DNA from: a bacterium
GTDB lineage: Bacteria > Babelota > Babeliae > Babelales > JABCYS01
Reading direction: 5' to 3'
Assembly: GCA_027452085.1 (NCBI GenBank)
Contig: DAIDHG010000020.1
Coordinates: 1-15,281, forward strand
Length of the DNA: 15,281 nt
Within the stretch, counting starts at the first letter, position 1. Every line of letters starts with the position of its first letter. The notes under the pieces were generated by a model. It saw only the letters and a list, made by a program, of their open reading frames with translations, searched no databases and was not told the origin of the DNA. Position numbers and translations under genes: made by a program. Positions 8,333-15,281 of this stretch are shown piece by piece.

Positions 8333-9888
8333 AGTGTCCTGCTTTTTCTATTTAATATAAGCAATAATCCCAGCATTATAACTATGCCAGCCATAAGCGA
8401 AATAAACCAACCCAACAATGGCATGGTCGGCACAGTAAAGCCAACAATCAGATAGGAAATTGCACTGGCCATAATTGCTGGAATGATGTAGGGAATCTGG
8501 GTTCGTAAATGCAGCAGCACATTGGTGCTGGTTGCCAGGGAAGAAGTAATTACGTTATCGGCAATTGGCGAAACATGAGCTCCGACCACTGCGCCCGATA
8601 AAATGGCCGCCAGTGTTGGCGCAAGCAGCGGCATAAGCGCCACGGCTGCGGGAGTGGCCGTGTGATAGAGCGTTACAATCAAGGGCACTGACATCGGAAT
8701 GAACACCATCATGGTGCCCCAAGCAGAGCCAACGGCGCTTGCGCTGAAGGCGGTGATGATATAAAAAATTGCTGGCAACAATGGTAATGGCAGGTGGGAT
8801 AAGCCGGTGGTTGCCAAGAAGCTTCCGGCTGGCAAATCAGATCGTAAAAAGCTGCCAAAGACAAAGGCCATAAATAAGAGAGTGATGGAAGAAAGCATAA
8901 GATCTGTGCCTTGCTTGGCCAGTGCCATAAAATCTTTCATCGAAAGTTTGCCGTTCACCGCATAGTACACGGTAGTTATCGTAAGGGTGATACCCGAGCT
9001 GAGCAAAAGCGCTTTGAAAATGTCTGCATGCCCGAGCGCTTGGGCGAAACTATGGTCTCCGCCAAAAATGTAGTAGCCACCTGTGGCAAGAATAAGCGCC
9101 GGTGAAAGGATCATGAGTAAGCCAATCGGTGCAATGAAATCCCAGATAGTACCAGCCCCTTCAGGCATCAGTTGCTCTTGGCTGTCTGTAATGGCGGTAA
9201 CCATTTCTTCTTCTTCTCGCATCGGTCCGAAAGAGATGCCCAGAGCTGCGATAAACCAAGCCGAGGCGATGGAGAAAAATGGATAAAACAAGAAAGGCAA
9301 AATATGCAAAAACATGCCAAAAGCATCACTGCTGACTAATGCATTGGCTGCCAGGGAAATACCCGATGGCTCAAACTGACCAAGAATGACCGCAATCCAA
9401 CTCGAGACCGGGAAGATAATGGCCAAGCCTGGGGCAAGCATGTTTATGAAAAAGGCGAGTTTTACTCGCGCGATGCCATAACGATCAGTGAGCGGGTGCA
9501 TCACCGGGCCAACGGTCCAGGTATTAAAATAGTCATCCATAAAAAAGAGTGATGAAAAACCTAGGGTTGAAAGCTCAATGCCTTTCTTGGTGTGCACCTT
9601 CTTGGAGATCAAATGTACTAACGCCTGTGCACCACCGGTATGTTTGACGAGCATGATAAGCGTGCCAAGCAACGGTAAAAAACCAAACATCATCACATTA
9701 TCAATGTCGGTCGCTACCCCATATACTTTGCTCAAAATGATCTGAGCTGCATCTATTGGTGCCCAATGGGATACAATGAGCCCGGCAAGTAAAATACCGG
9801 CAGACAATGCCGGCACAATTTTTTTGGTGATGAGTGCTATTAAAAGTACGGTAACTGGTGGTACCAGTGTTAACCAGCTGATTATCAT
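8329..9888 (-). CDS. Na+/H+ antiporter NhaC-family membrane protein
   Basis: Multiple TM helices; motifs SWLTLVPP, FFMDDYFN, PVSSW, GSAWGTM and GAVVGAHVSPIADNVITSS. Start placed at ATG 9888. The stop overlaps the hisS start (ATGA). Confidence 0.88.
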   Translation of the reverse strand: MIISWLTLVPPVTVLLIALITKKIVPALSAGILLAGLIVSHWAPIDAAQIILSKVYGVATDIDNVMMFGFLPLLGTLIMLVKHTGGAQALVHLISKKVHTKKGIELSTLGFSSLFFMDDYFNTWTVGPVMHPLTDRYGIARVKLAFFINMLAPGLAIIFPVSSWIAVILGQFEPSGISLAANALVSSDAFGMFLHILPFLFYPFFSIASAWFIAALGISFGPMREEEEMVTAITDSQEQLMPEGAGTIWDFIAPIGLLMILSPALILATGGYYIFGGDHSFAQALGHADIFKALLLSSGITLTITTVYYAVNGKLSMKDFMALAKQGTDLMLSSITLLFMAFVFGSFLRSDLPAGSFLATTGLSHLPLPLLPAIFYIITAFSASAVGSAWGTMMVFIPMSVPLIVTLYHTATPAAVALMPLLAPTLAAILSGAVVGAHVSPIADNVITSSLATSTNVLLHLRTQIPYIIPAIMASAISYLIVGFTVPTMPLLGWFISLMAGIVIMLGLLLILNRKSRTL

Positions 9889-9971
9889 AATATAGGCCTT
9901 TCTAAGCGAACCGTAAGCATACCAGTAAATCACGATCTATTAAATCTTAGGCAAATGCAGGTGGCCCAACG

Positions 9972-10004
9972 CTTGTTTTAGCTTGCATGGATTGCCTATA
10001 GTTA
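9972..10004 (+). promoter_or_regulatory. Putative sigma70-type promoter TTGTTT-N18-TATAGT for the USP unit
   Basis: -35-like at 9973-9978 and -10-like at 9997-10002. The same architecture occurs at 13103-13135. Confidence 0.45.
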
Positions 10005-10049
10005 GAGTGATAACAATTTCGCCGTTGTTTTGAAAATAAGGTACACACC

Positions 10050-11732
10050 ATGAATAGGCAATTAAAATATCGCCATGTAGCCTTGGATAGGCTTATTATA
10101 CTCATCATGTTGGCTCCTCTGGCCACACCGGGCTATGCACGAAATACCGCTGCGCGGCAGCAGCAAAAGCCCGCGGTGCCTACCAAAGCCCAAAAAGATG
10201 AAGCGCAGATAATAATTCGCTCTATGCTGCCGCATATGCCGGAGAAAGAAATTATCGATGTGGCTGAGCCTATCATGGCACAAGCGTGGGATAGGTTTGA
10301 TAAAAAGTATGATGAGAGAAAAATTCGCAGCTTGGTAAAGGAATTTTTTGGCTTGCGAAAAGTGGGCGAACCAATCCCTCTGCCAAACCCAAACAACGTT
10401 TGTTTTATGAATGGTGCCATTCAAGCACTCTTTAATATTCGGCCCTTGATTGATTTTATCACTGACAATCCTATTTTATTTGAGCATAATATTATTGCCT
10501 CTTCTTTTCTTAACGTATTTAATCAAATGAAAAAAGGGCATGTCTTAGATGATACGCTTTTAAATGCCTATGACACTATTAATCCGCCGCGTATAACAGC
10601 TACTGGCAAACCAATATATACCCAAGGCGATCCAGATGAATTTATGCGATCATTGCTCAATGCATTTCGCATGGCATATGACGCATTTATGCAAACTGGT
10701 GGTCGAGCGGGAGATTTCTTGCCAGATTCATTATTTAGATTTCAAACGAGAGAAATTGGTGCACGCCGCGCTGAAGATCAATATGAACTACTGCTGGCCA
10801 TACCGCAAGAATTGCGTTCATCAGATCAATTAACATTGAATACATTGCTTGATCATTATTTTGCTCACCAAACACAGATTATTCAATTGCCAAAGCAGTT
10901 GGTATTGCTCATCAAACGAACGGAGATAGAGCCAACGATCATTGAAGAAGAAATTCCGGCAGCCAAAGAGAAAGAAGCCAAGGCGGCTGCTGCTCGGTCA
11001 GGGGCCAAAAAACCAACCAGCGCGCCAACTAAAAAACAGGAACGGGTAGTTTTAAAACCGATACGGCTTAACAACAGAATATCAATTCCACTTCACCTAT
11101 CACTGCAAGAGTATATTGATCCAAGCTTGAAAGCGGCAGGTGGGTATCACCTCAATGCCGCTATATGCCACTTGGGAACGGGCGTCAGCGGCCACTACGT
11201 TGCCTATATCCATACTTCTCAGGGAGATTGGTTTTATGCAAATGACATGGAAATTGAAGATAAATCATTGGCTGAAATGAAAGATTTTGAAAAAAAAGGA
11301 TTCGTTCGTGAGAATGCCTTGCCCTATATCTTGATCTATGAGGTTGATCCACCAGCCCTTGAAGAAAAAAAGATTGCAGCTGAAAAGAAGGAGTTGCCGC
11401 CAGCAACGGCCGTTCCCGAAGAGCCATTATCTCCCAAAAGGGAAAGACCTTCTTCTCCAATGAAAGCATTGATGCCATCTGAGCCTGAAATTCCACAGAT
11501 AGCTCCAACAGCTTCGGTTGAAATTGCCCCGCAGCCGATGACGGAGCTTGAAAGCCTTAAATCAAGGCTGGCCAAGGCGCGGGACGATGCAAAATTAGGG
11601 GGCGAGGCCGGGAAAAAAGCAGTCATGGAAATCCGATCATTAATGGCAGAAATCAAACGCTTGGAAGAGCGAGCAGCCCAAGAGCAAAAGGCTGATCAAG
11701 ATGAGAAGGATGAAGGTTGGACATTGCTATAA
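10050..11732 (+). CDS. Secreted ubiquitin-specific protease (USP/UCH, peptidase C19) family protein; putative deubiquitinase effector
   Basis: Signal peptide (…LIILIMLAPLATPGYA|). Cys box LPNPNNVCFMNGAIQALF (C118), QGDPDEFMRSLL, LPKQLVLLIKR, His box YHLNAAICHLGTGVSGHYVAYI (H382), WFYAND (N398/D399) and PYILIYE. Pro/Glu-rich and coiled-coil tail. Confidence 0.9.
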   Translation: MNRQLKYRHVALDRLIILIMLAPLATPGYARNTAARQQQKPAVPTKAQKDEAQIIIRSMLPHMPEKEIIDVAEPIMAQAWDRFDKKYDERKIRSLVKEFFGLRKVGEPIPLPNPNNVCFMNGAIQALFNIRPLIDFITDNPILFEHNIIASSFLNVFNQMKKGHVLDDTLLNAYDTINPPRITATGKPIYTQGDPDEFMRSLLNAFRMAYDAFMQTGGRAGDFLPDSLFRFQTREIGARRAEDQYELLLAIPQELRSSDQLTLNTLLDHYFAHQTQIIQLPKQLVLLIKRTEIEPTIIEEEIPAAKEKEAKAAAARSGAKKPTSAPTKKQERVVLKPIRLNNRISIPLHLSLQEYIDPSLKAAGGYHLNAAICHLGTGVSGHYVAYIHTSQGDWFYANDMEIEDKSLAEMKDFEKKGFVRENALPYILIYEVDPPALEEKKIAAEKKELPPATAVPEEPLSPKRERPSSPMKALMPSEPEIPQIAPTASVEIAPQPMTELESLKSRLAKARDDAKLGGEAGKKAVMEIRSLMAEIKRLEERAAQEQKADQDEKDEGWTLL

Positions 11733-12175
11733 GATATATTTTGTTACTGCTCATGCCATTTCCCGCCATGGCAACACGAGTAAGCCCCACGGCCAGCACG
11801 CCAAAGGAGCAGGCCCATTTTTATCATATTGCTTCAACGCTCTCTGATGCATCAAAGCAACCATTTTGGCAATTAATGAATAAATATCAGCCAACGCTGG
11901 AAAGTTGTAAAACGATTGTATGCGAAGGTGAGAGATTGAATGCTGAAAGAATGAATGAGCATGGCATTGACGCCACACCCGACCACTTTGTGGCTGGTTA
12001 CAAGAATGTCTGGATGCCTGATGGATTTGAAGAGCAGAGGATCGAAGAGGCGTTGCTTAATGAACAGAGCAATCTGCGACAGCTTTTTCATGATTTATCC
12101 ATTTGCCGCATTCAATCAAAAAATATTTCTCAATGGTTCGAAGGCTTTCAAAAGGCAAATATTGTTGCCTATTAG
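11717..12175 (+). CDS. Hypothetical secreted protein
   Basis: 152-aa ORF with TTG start overlapping the USP stop by 16 nt, AAGGA upstream, and signal peptide IRYILLLLMPFPAMA. No recognisable domain. Confidence 0.65.
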   Translation: MDIAIRYILLLLMPFPAMATRVSPTASTPKEQAHFYHIASTLSDASKQPFWQLMNKYQPTLESCKTIVCEGERLNAERMNEHGIDATPDHFVAGYKNVWMPDGFEEQRIEEALLNEQSNLRQLFHDLSICRIQSKNISQWFEGFQKANIVAY

Positions 12176-12246
12176 CGCAAACGTTCGCATGGCAAAAAAT
12201 ATGCGGTATCCTTTTCTCGTATTTGATGAAATGTGAAAGGTCTGAA

Positions 12247-13047
12247 ATGAAAATAATATACCTCGTGCTTTTGTTATTTCCTGCAACCGCTCAAGCAGCC
12301 ATGCGCCCGGCCCATAGACACCAGCAGCATCAGATACCAGCAGATTTACATGATCAGATGCAGGTCCTTAATGCGCGCGCCGCTACTTCTGCTTTGCCAG
12401 ATCTTCAAGACTTACAGCATGACATCGAAAGAATAAGCCAAGCAGTCGCTCAATATGACGAGCAAATAGCACGCAATTTTCAAGCTCGCTATATTCGATG
12501 CCTCCAGCTTGCTCAAAATAATGAGCAAAAGTTAATGAATGGCAACCAGGATATTATTCCTCTTTTTGCGCATACTCATGCGTGTGAGGTAATTAATCGT
12601 ATGGACCATGAGCCTATTAGTTATTCAACTTTCGATGGAATAGTGCAGGAGCAACAGGAAAAAAAGGATTTGGCACTGGTTGCCCGAGTTGTTACACGCG
12701 AAAGAAATGGGTCTGAATTTATCCATTATTATGATGCCTTTTGCTTTATTAAGCATCGTTTCGGAAGAAGCTATTCACTTAAAGGTCCACTTAAGGTAGA
12801 GAACGTCACAAATCCACTTAATGGTCTTGCTGTGGGTGACGATGATATTATGTTTTTCGCTTATGATACCCAACACCCTCAGTTAGGGTTTCGTTTCGCC
12901 TTTTCACATAGTGACTTAGTGGCTCGCCCCGAACTTCGTCTTATGGTTAACAAAAACCAAAATGAAGATAGGCAACTCAAGGACAACGCAATCTTGTTGT
13001 TAAATAATTCTCGCTTGCGCAAACAATTACTCAAAAATGCTCAGTAA
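12247..13047 (+). CDS. Secreted hypothetical protein carrying a domain shared with the downstream gene
   Basis: Start reassigned to ATG 12247 (GAAAGG RBS, signal peptide MKIIYLVLLLFPATAQA). Gln-rich helical region, then a domain homologous to aa ~146-276 of the next ORF. Confidence 0.82.
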   Translation: MKIIYLVLLLFPATAQAAMRPAHRHQQHQIPADLHDQMQVLNARAATSALPDLQDLQHDIERISQAVAQYDEQIARNFQARYIRCLQLAQNNEQKLMNGNQDIIPLFAHTHACEVINRMDHEPISYSTFDGIVQEQQEKKDLALVARVVTRERNGSEFIHYYDAFCFIKHRFGRSYSLKGPLKVENVTNPLNGLAVGDDDIMFFAYDTQHPQLGFRFAFSHSDLVARPELRLMVNKNQNEDRQLKDNAILLLNNSRLRKQLLKNAQ

Positions 13048-13102
13048 GATATAAATTCCATCTTTTTACATTTGTGATTATCTCTTTTCCTGCGCTAAAA
13101 AC

Positions 13103-13135
13103 CTTGTGTTTTGCAAGCAGGTATGAGTATAGTTA
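13103..13135 (+). promoter_or_regulatory. Putative sigma70-type promoter TTGTGT-N18-TATAGT
   Basis: -35-like at 13104-13109 and -10-like at 13128-13133. Same spacing and TATAGTTA as at 9972-10004. Confidence 0.45.
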
Positions 13136-13174
13136 AACAGAAGCATTAACTATTTATTCAAAAAAAGGGATAGA

Positions 13175-15004
13175 ATGAAGATTAAATATTTACTATTTAG
13201 CATCATGTTAGGGGCTTTCTCAACGAGCTATATAGCTGCCGGATCCGTGCCGGCAAAAAAGGAAATCGCGCCGGTTTTAAAACGCATGTATGAAAAGTTT
13301 GTAGCCGATAAGTTAACCCCTGCGATCAAGGCCGGCAGCGTTGATGCCGCCTTGCGCAAAGAGGCAGATGAGTTAGCACATCGCCTTCGGTCGGCTGGCG
13401 GGCAACAGGAAGCCCAAGCGCTTGAGGATCTGATAAACCCTCAAGGCAAACCAAAAGAAGAGGCCAAGAAGTCAGAGCACCCAGCTGAAGAAAAAAGAAA
13501 AGTAGATGAAGAGAAGGTGCCGGTTGCTTTAACCAAGGTGCCCGTGCATATAAATACCATTGGCCAGGAGTATGAAAATGCGCGTGATGAAGAAATTAAC
13601 TTAGACGAAGATACCGATACCTTTTCTGCTGAAACCTTTGGTGAAATTCTTGCGCGACAAAAAGAGCATAATAACCCTATGTTTATTGTGCGCGTGGTAA
13701 CTCACAATCCCAATGGCACCTCAAATGTTCATTATTTTGATGCCTATATGTTTAACGCATATCGCTTTGGTAATAATTATTCTTTTTTTAAGACGTTGCA
13801 GATTGTAAAACAGAATGATCCCTTGAACAGGCTGCCGATAGTGGAGGCACGTTATTTTAGCCTCGATCCAAATAATCCCGCGGCGGGCTTTACCTACCAA
13901 TTTTCAGAAAATACGGTCATCAACGATCGTCAAAAACGAGCACAAATCGATAAGGATCAAAATTTAGACCCTGAACGAAAAGAAAATGCTCAGAAATATT
14001 TGGCCGGTGAATTGGTAGAAGAGCCGATTCCGCAGCGAGAAGAGGTATTATTGCCGCCGGATATGTTTGATGGTGCGGCAGATTTCTTTCCAGGATTATT
14101 GACTGATGCTTTTCGTAATGAAATTCTTGAGACATTAGCAACTAGCAACGATCCATCGGTGCGTGGGCCTGCATTGCTGCGGTTAGCGCACAGACATGTC
14201 GATATTGCACAGCAAATTCCTTACTATGAATTGGCTACGCAGGAGCCAACGACTCCGCAAGCAAAGGCTGAAGGTAATGCTTGGTTGGGCGAGATCTATT
14301 ACCGTAAACATGAGTACGATCGTGCACTCGTATATTTGAATCGAGCAGCAGCGCAAAATGATAATTTTAGAATGAAAGCAGACTCACAATATCGACTTGG
14401 CCAGATGTATCTTAATGGGTTGGGTGTTGTGCGTGATTTGGGCAAGGCACGAGAATATTTGACTGCCGCAGCAAATCAAACGGCCTCACCTTGGGCAAGT
14501 AGTGGGGCAAAACCAAAATTATTTGAACTCGAACACGTTGCTCGCACAGAGCAAGAAAAAGAGCTCAAGCATGCCATGGCGGAATCAGCAAAGCTTGCAG
14601 ACCAAAAAGAGAAAGAACTCAATGCGCGAGTTGCCGCATTTCAACCTACCGGTAAGTCTGATGAAGAGTTAATACGTGAGGCGGTAGAAAAGAGCGTTCA
14701 AGAAAAAGAAAAAGCAGATATATCATTGCGACGAAAAAAAGCGATTCATGATGAACTGCTCACCTTAGAAGATGCTTTGCAGAAAAATAATATGCAGCCA
14801 CAGCTTGCAAAAGTTAAAGCATTGCTGCAAGCATTTGATGCCAAACCATATTCGGTTGGTTTACTACAACAAGCGCTGAATACTTTACAAGAAATCCGTG
14901 TTGAGAAACGCATTAGATTCTATGGACAACAGGTAGCTCTGCCCGGATTATTAGAACCGATTCGAGACACGATCAATAAAGAAATTGCGCGACTTCAACT
15001 ATAG
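13175..15004 (+). CDS. Secreted Sel1/TPR-repeat protein with the shared unknown domain and a coiled-coil C-terminus
   Basis: Signal peptide MKIKYLLFSIMLGAFSTSYIAA. Sel1-like repeats AWLGEIYYRKHEYDRALVYLNRAAAQ and SQYRLGQMYLNGLGVVRDLGKAREYLTAAANQ. Central domain is paralogous to the upstream ORF. AAGGGA RBS. Confidence 0.88.
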   Translation: MKIKYLLFSIMLGAFSTSYIAAGSVPAKKEIAPVLKRMYEKFVADKLTPAIKAGSVDAALRKEADELAHRLRSAGGQQEAQALEDLINPQGKPKEEAKKSEHPAEEKRKVDEEKVPVALTKVPVHINTIGQEYENARDEEINLDEDTDTFSAETFGEILARQKEHNNPMFIVRVVTHNPNGTSNVHYFDAYMFNAYRFGNNYSFFKTLQIVKQNDPLNRLPIVEARYFSLDPNNPAAGFTYQFSENTVINDRQKRAQIDKDQNLDPERKENAQKYLAGELVEEPIPQREEVLLPPDMFDGAADFFPGLLTDAFRNEILETLATSNDPSVRGPALLRLAHRHVDIAQQIPYYELATQEPTTPQAKAEGNAWLGEIYYRKHEYDRALVYLNRAAAQNDNFRMKADSQYRLGQMYLNGLGVVRDLGKAREYLTAAANQTASPWASSGAKPKLFELEHVARTEQEKELKHAMAESAKLADQKEKELNARVAAFQPTGKSDEELIREAVEKSVQEKEKADISLRRKKAIHDELLTLEDALQKNNMQPQLAKVKALLQAFDAKPYSVGLLQQALNTLQEIRVEKRIRFYGQQVALPGLLEPIRDTINKEIARLQL

Positions 15005-15012
15005 GAATGAAT

Positions 15013-15120
15013 ATGGAAGCTAAAAATCTGCTGGTGGCGCTAGCCCTAGGCAACCTGACCCCTTTCCTTTGCTATCAAGCCTTCAAAAACAAGGAGGCCC
15101 AAAATTCTCATATCTATTGA
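15013..15120 (+). other. Small ORF (35 aa) resembling an orphaned signal peptide; possible gene remnant or microprotein
   Basis: MEAKNLLVALALGNLTPFLCYQAFKNKEAQNSHIY*. AGGA lies 6 nt upstream, overlapping the previous stop; an in-frame ATG is also present at 15007. Confidence 0.35.
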
Positions 15121-15134
15121 GTCAGGACATGCGC

Positions 15135-15163
15135 TTGCACCTCGTGGCGGCATCACGTATAAT
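15135..15163 (+). promoter_or_regulatory. sigma70 promoter for rplM
   Basis: TTGCAC (15135-15140), 17-bp spacer, perfect TATAAT (15158-15163), about 50 nt upstream of the rplM ATG. Confidence 0.75.
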
Positions 15164-15214
15164 CTTAGCCCCCTTCGTTTTTAAGTAATAGACTTCTGCT
15201 GGATTAGGAACAAG

Positions 15215-15281
15215 ATGGATTTTAACCGTACATACTACGTAAATAACGAGACGAGCAATCCCAAGTGGCGTGTAGTTGACG
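15215..15281 (+). CDS. rplM: 50S ribosomal protein L13 (5' partial)
   Basis: MDFNRTYYVNNETSNPKWRVVD matches the L13 N-terminus (..T(Y/F)......rkWyvvDA). AGGA RBS and a strong promoter upstream. Confidence 0.8.
   Translation, partial: MDFNRTYYVNNETSNPKWRVVD

Noticed and set aside
9889..9933. GTG-start extension of the NhaC-family gene
   Set aside because: Family-like sequence (SWLTLVPP) begins right after ATG 9888, which has a purine-rich upstream site.
12103..12246. 48-aa N-terminal extension of the 314-aa ORF
   Set aside because: It overlaps the previous gene, while ATG 12247 has an RBS and gives a clean signal peptide.
13047..13070. Possible terminator AAGAT...ATCTT-TTT after the 12247 ORF
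   Set aside because: The stem is only 5 bp and AT-rich; too weak to call.
619..14141. Numerous short antisense or alternate-frame ORFs inside the main genes (e.g. 2546-2911, 4508-4852, 10062-10424, 11185-11508, 11336-11656)
   Set aside because: Shadow ORFs of well-supported genes, with no motifs or start signals of their own.
1..15281. tRNA, rRNA or riboswitch genes
   Set aside because: No cloverleaf/T-loop signatures or recognisable structured RNA families seen by eye in the intergenic regions. An Rfam scan was not run.

Overview
Bacterial chromosomal window. The left two-thirds is mostly housekeeping: murI, yidC, recR, pepP, and a minus-strand unit of an NhaC-family antiporter, hisS and an AAA/PD-(D/E)XK protein, plus a truncated AAA ATPase remnant. 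The right third (10050-15120) is a co-oriented cluster of signal-peptide-bearing, apparently host-directed genes lying between the antiporter gene and rplM. It contains (1) a eukaryote-type USP/peptidase C19 deubiquitinase with intact Cys/His/Asn-Asp boxes, a shortened Zn-less fingers region and a C-terminal LIR/AIM-like motif (DEKDEGWTLL); (2) a small secreted orphan; and (3) two adjacent secreted paralogues sharing a ~130-aa domain, one fused to Sel1-like repeats. Two of these units share an upstream promoter-like motif. A small palindromic REP/MITE-like element occurs twice in inverted orientation around recR, and one copy sits in an insertion with a 12-bp direct repeat that appears to have replaced the yidC C-terminus. 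The gene content suggests an intracellular bacterium of eukaryotic cells, possibly Ca. Dependentiae/TM6-like; this is inference and was not verified.
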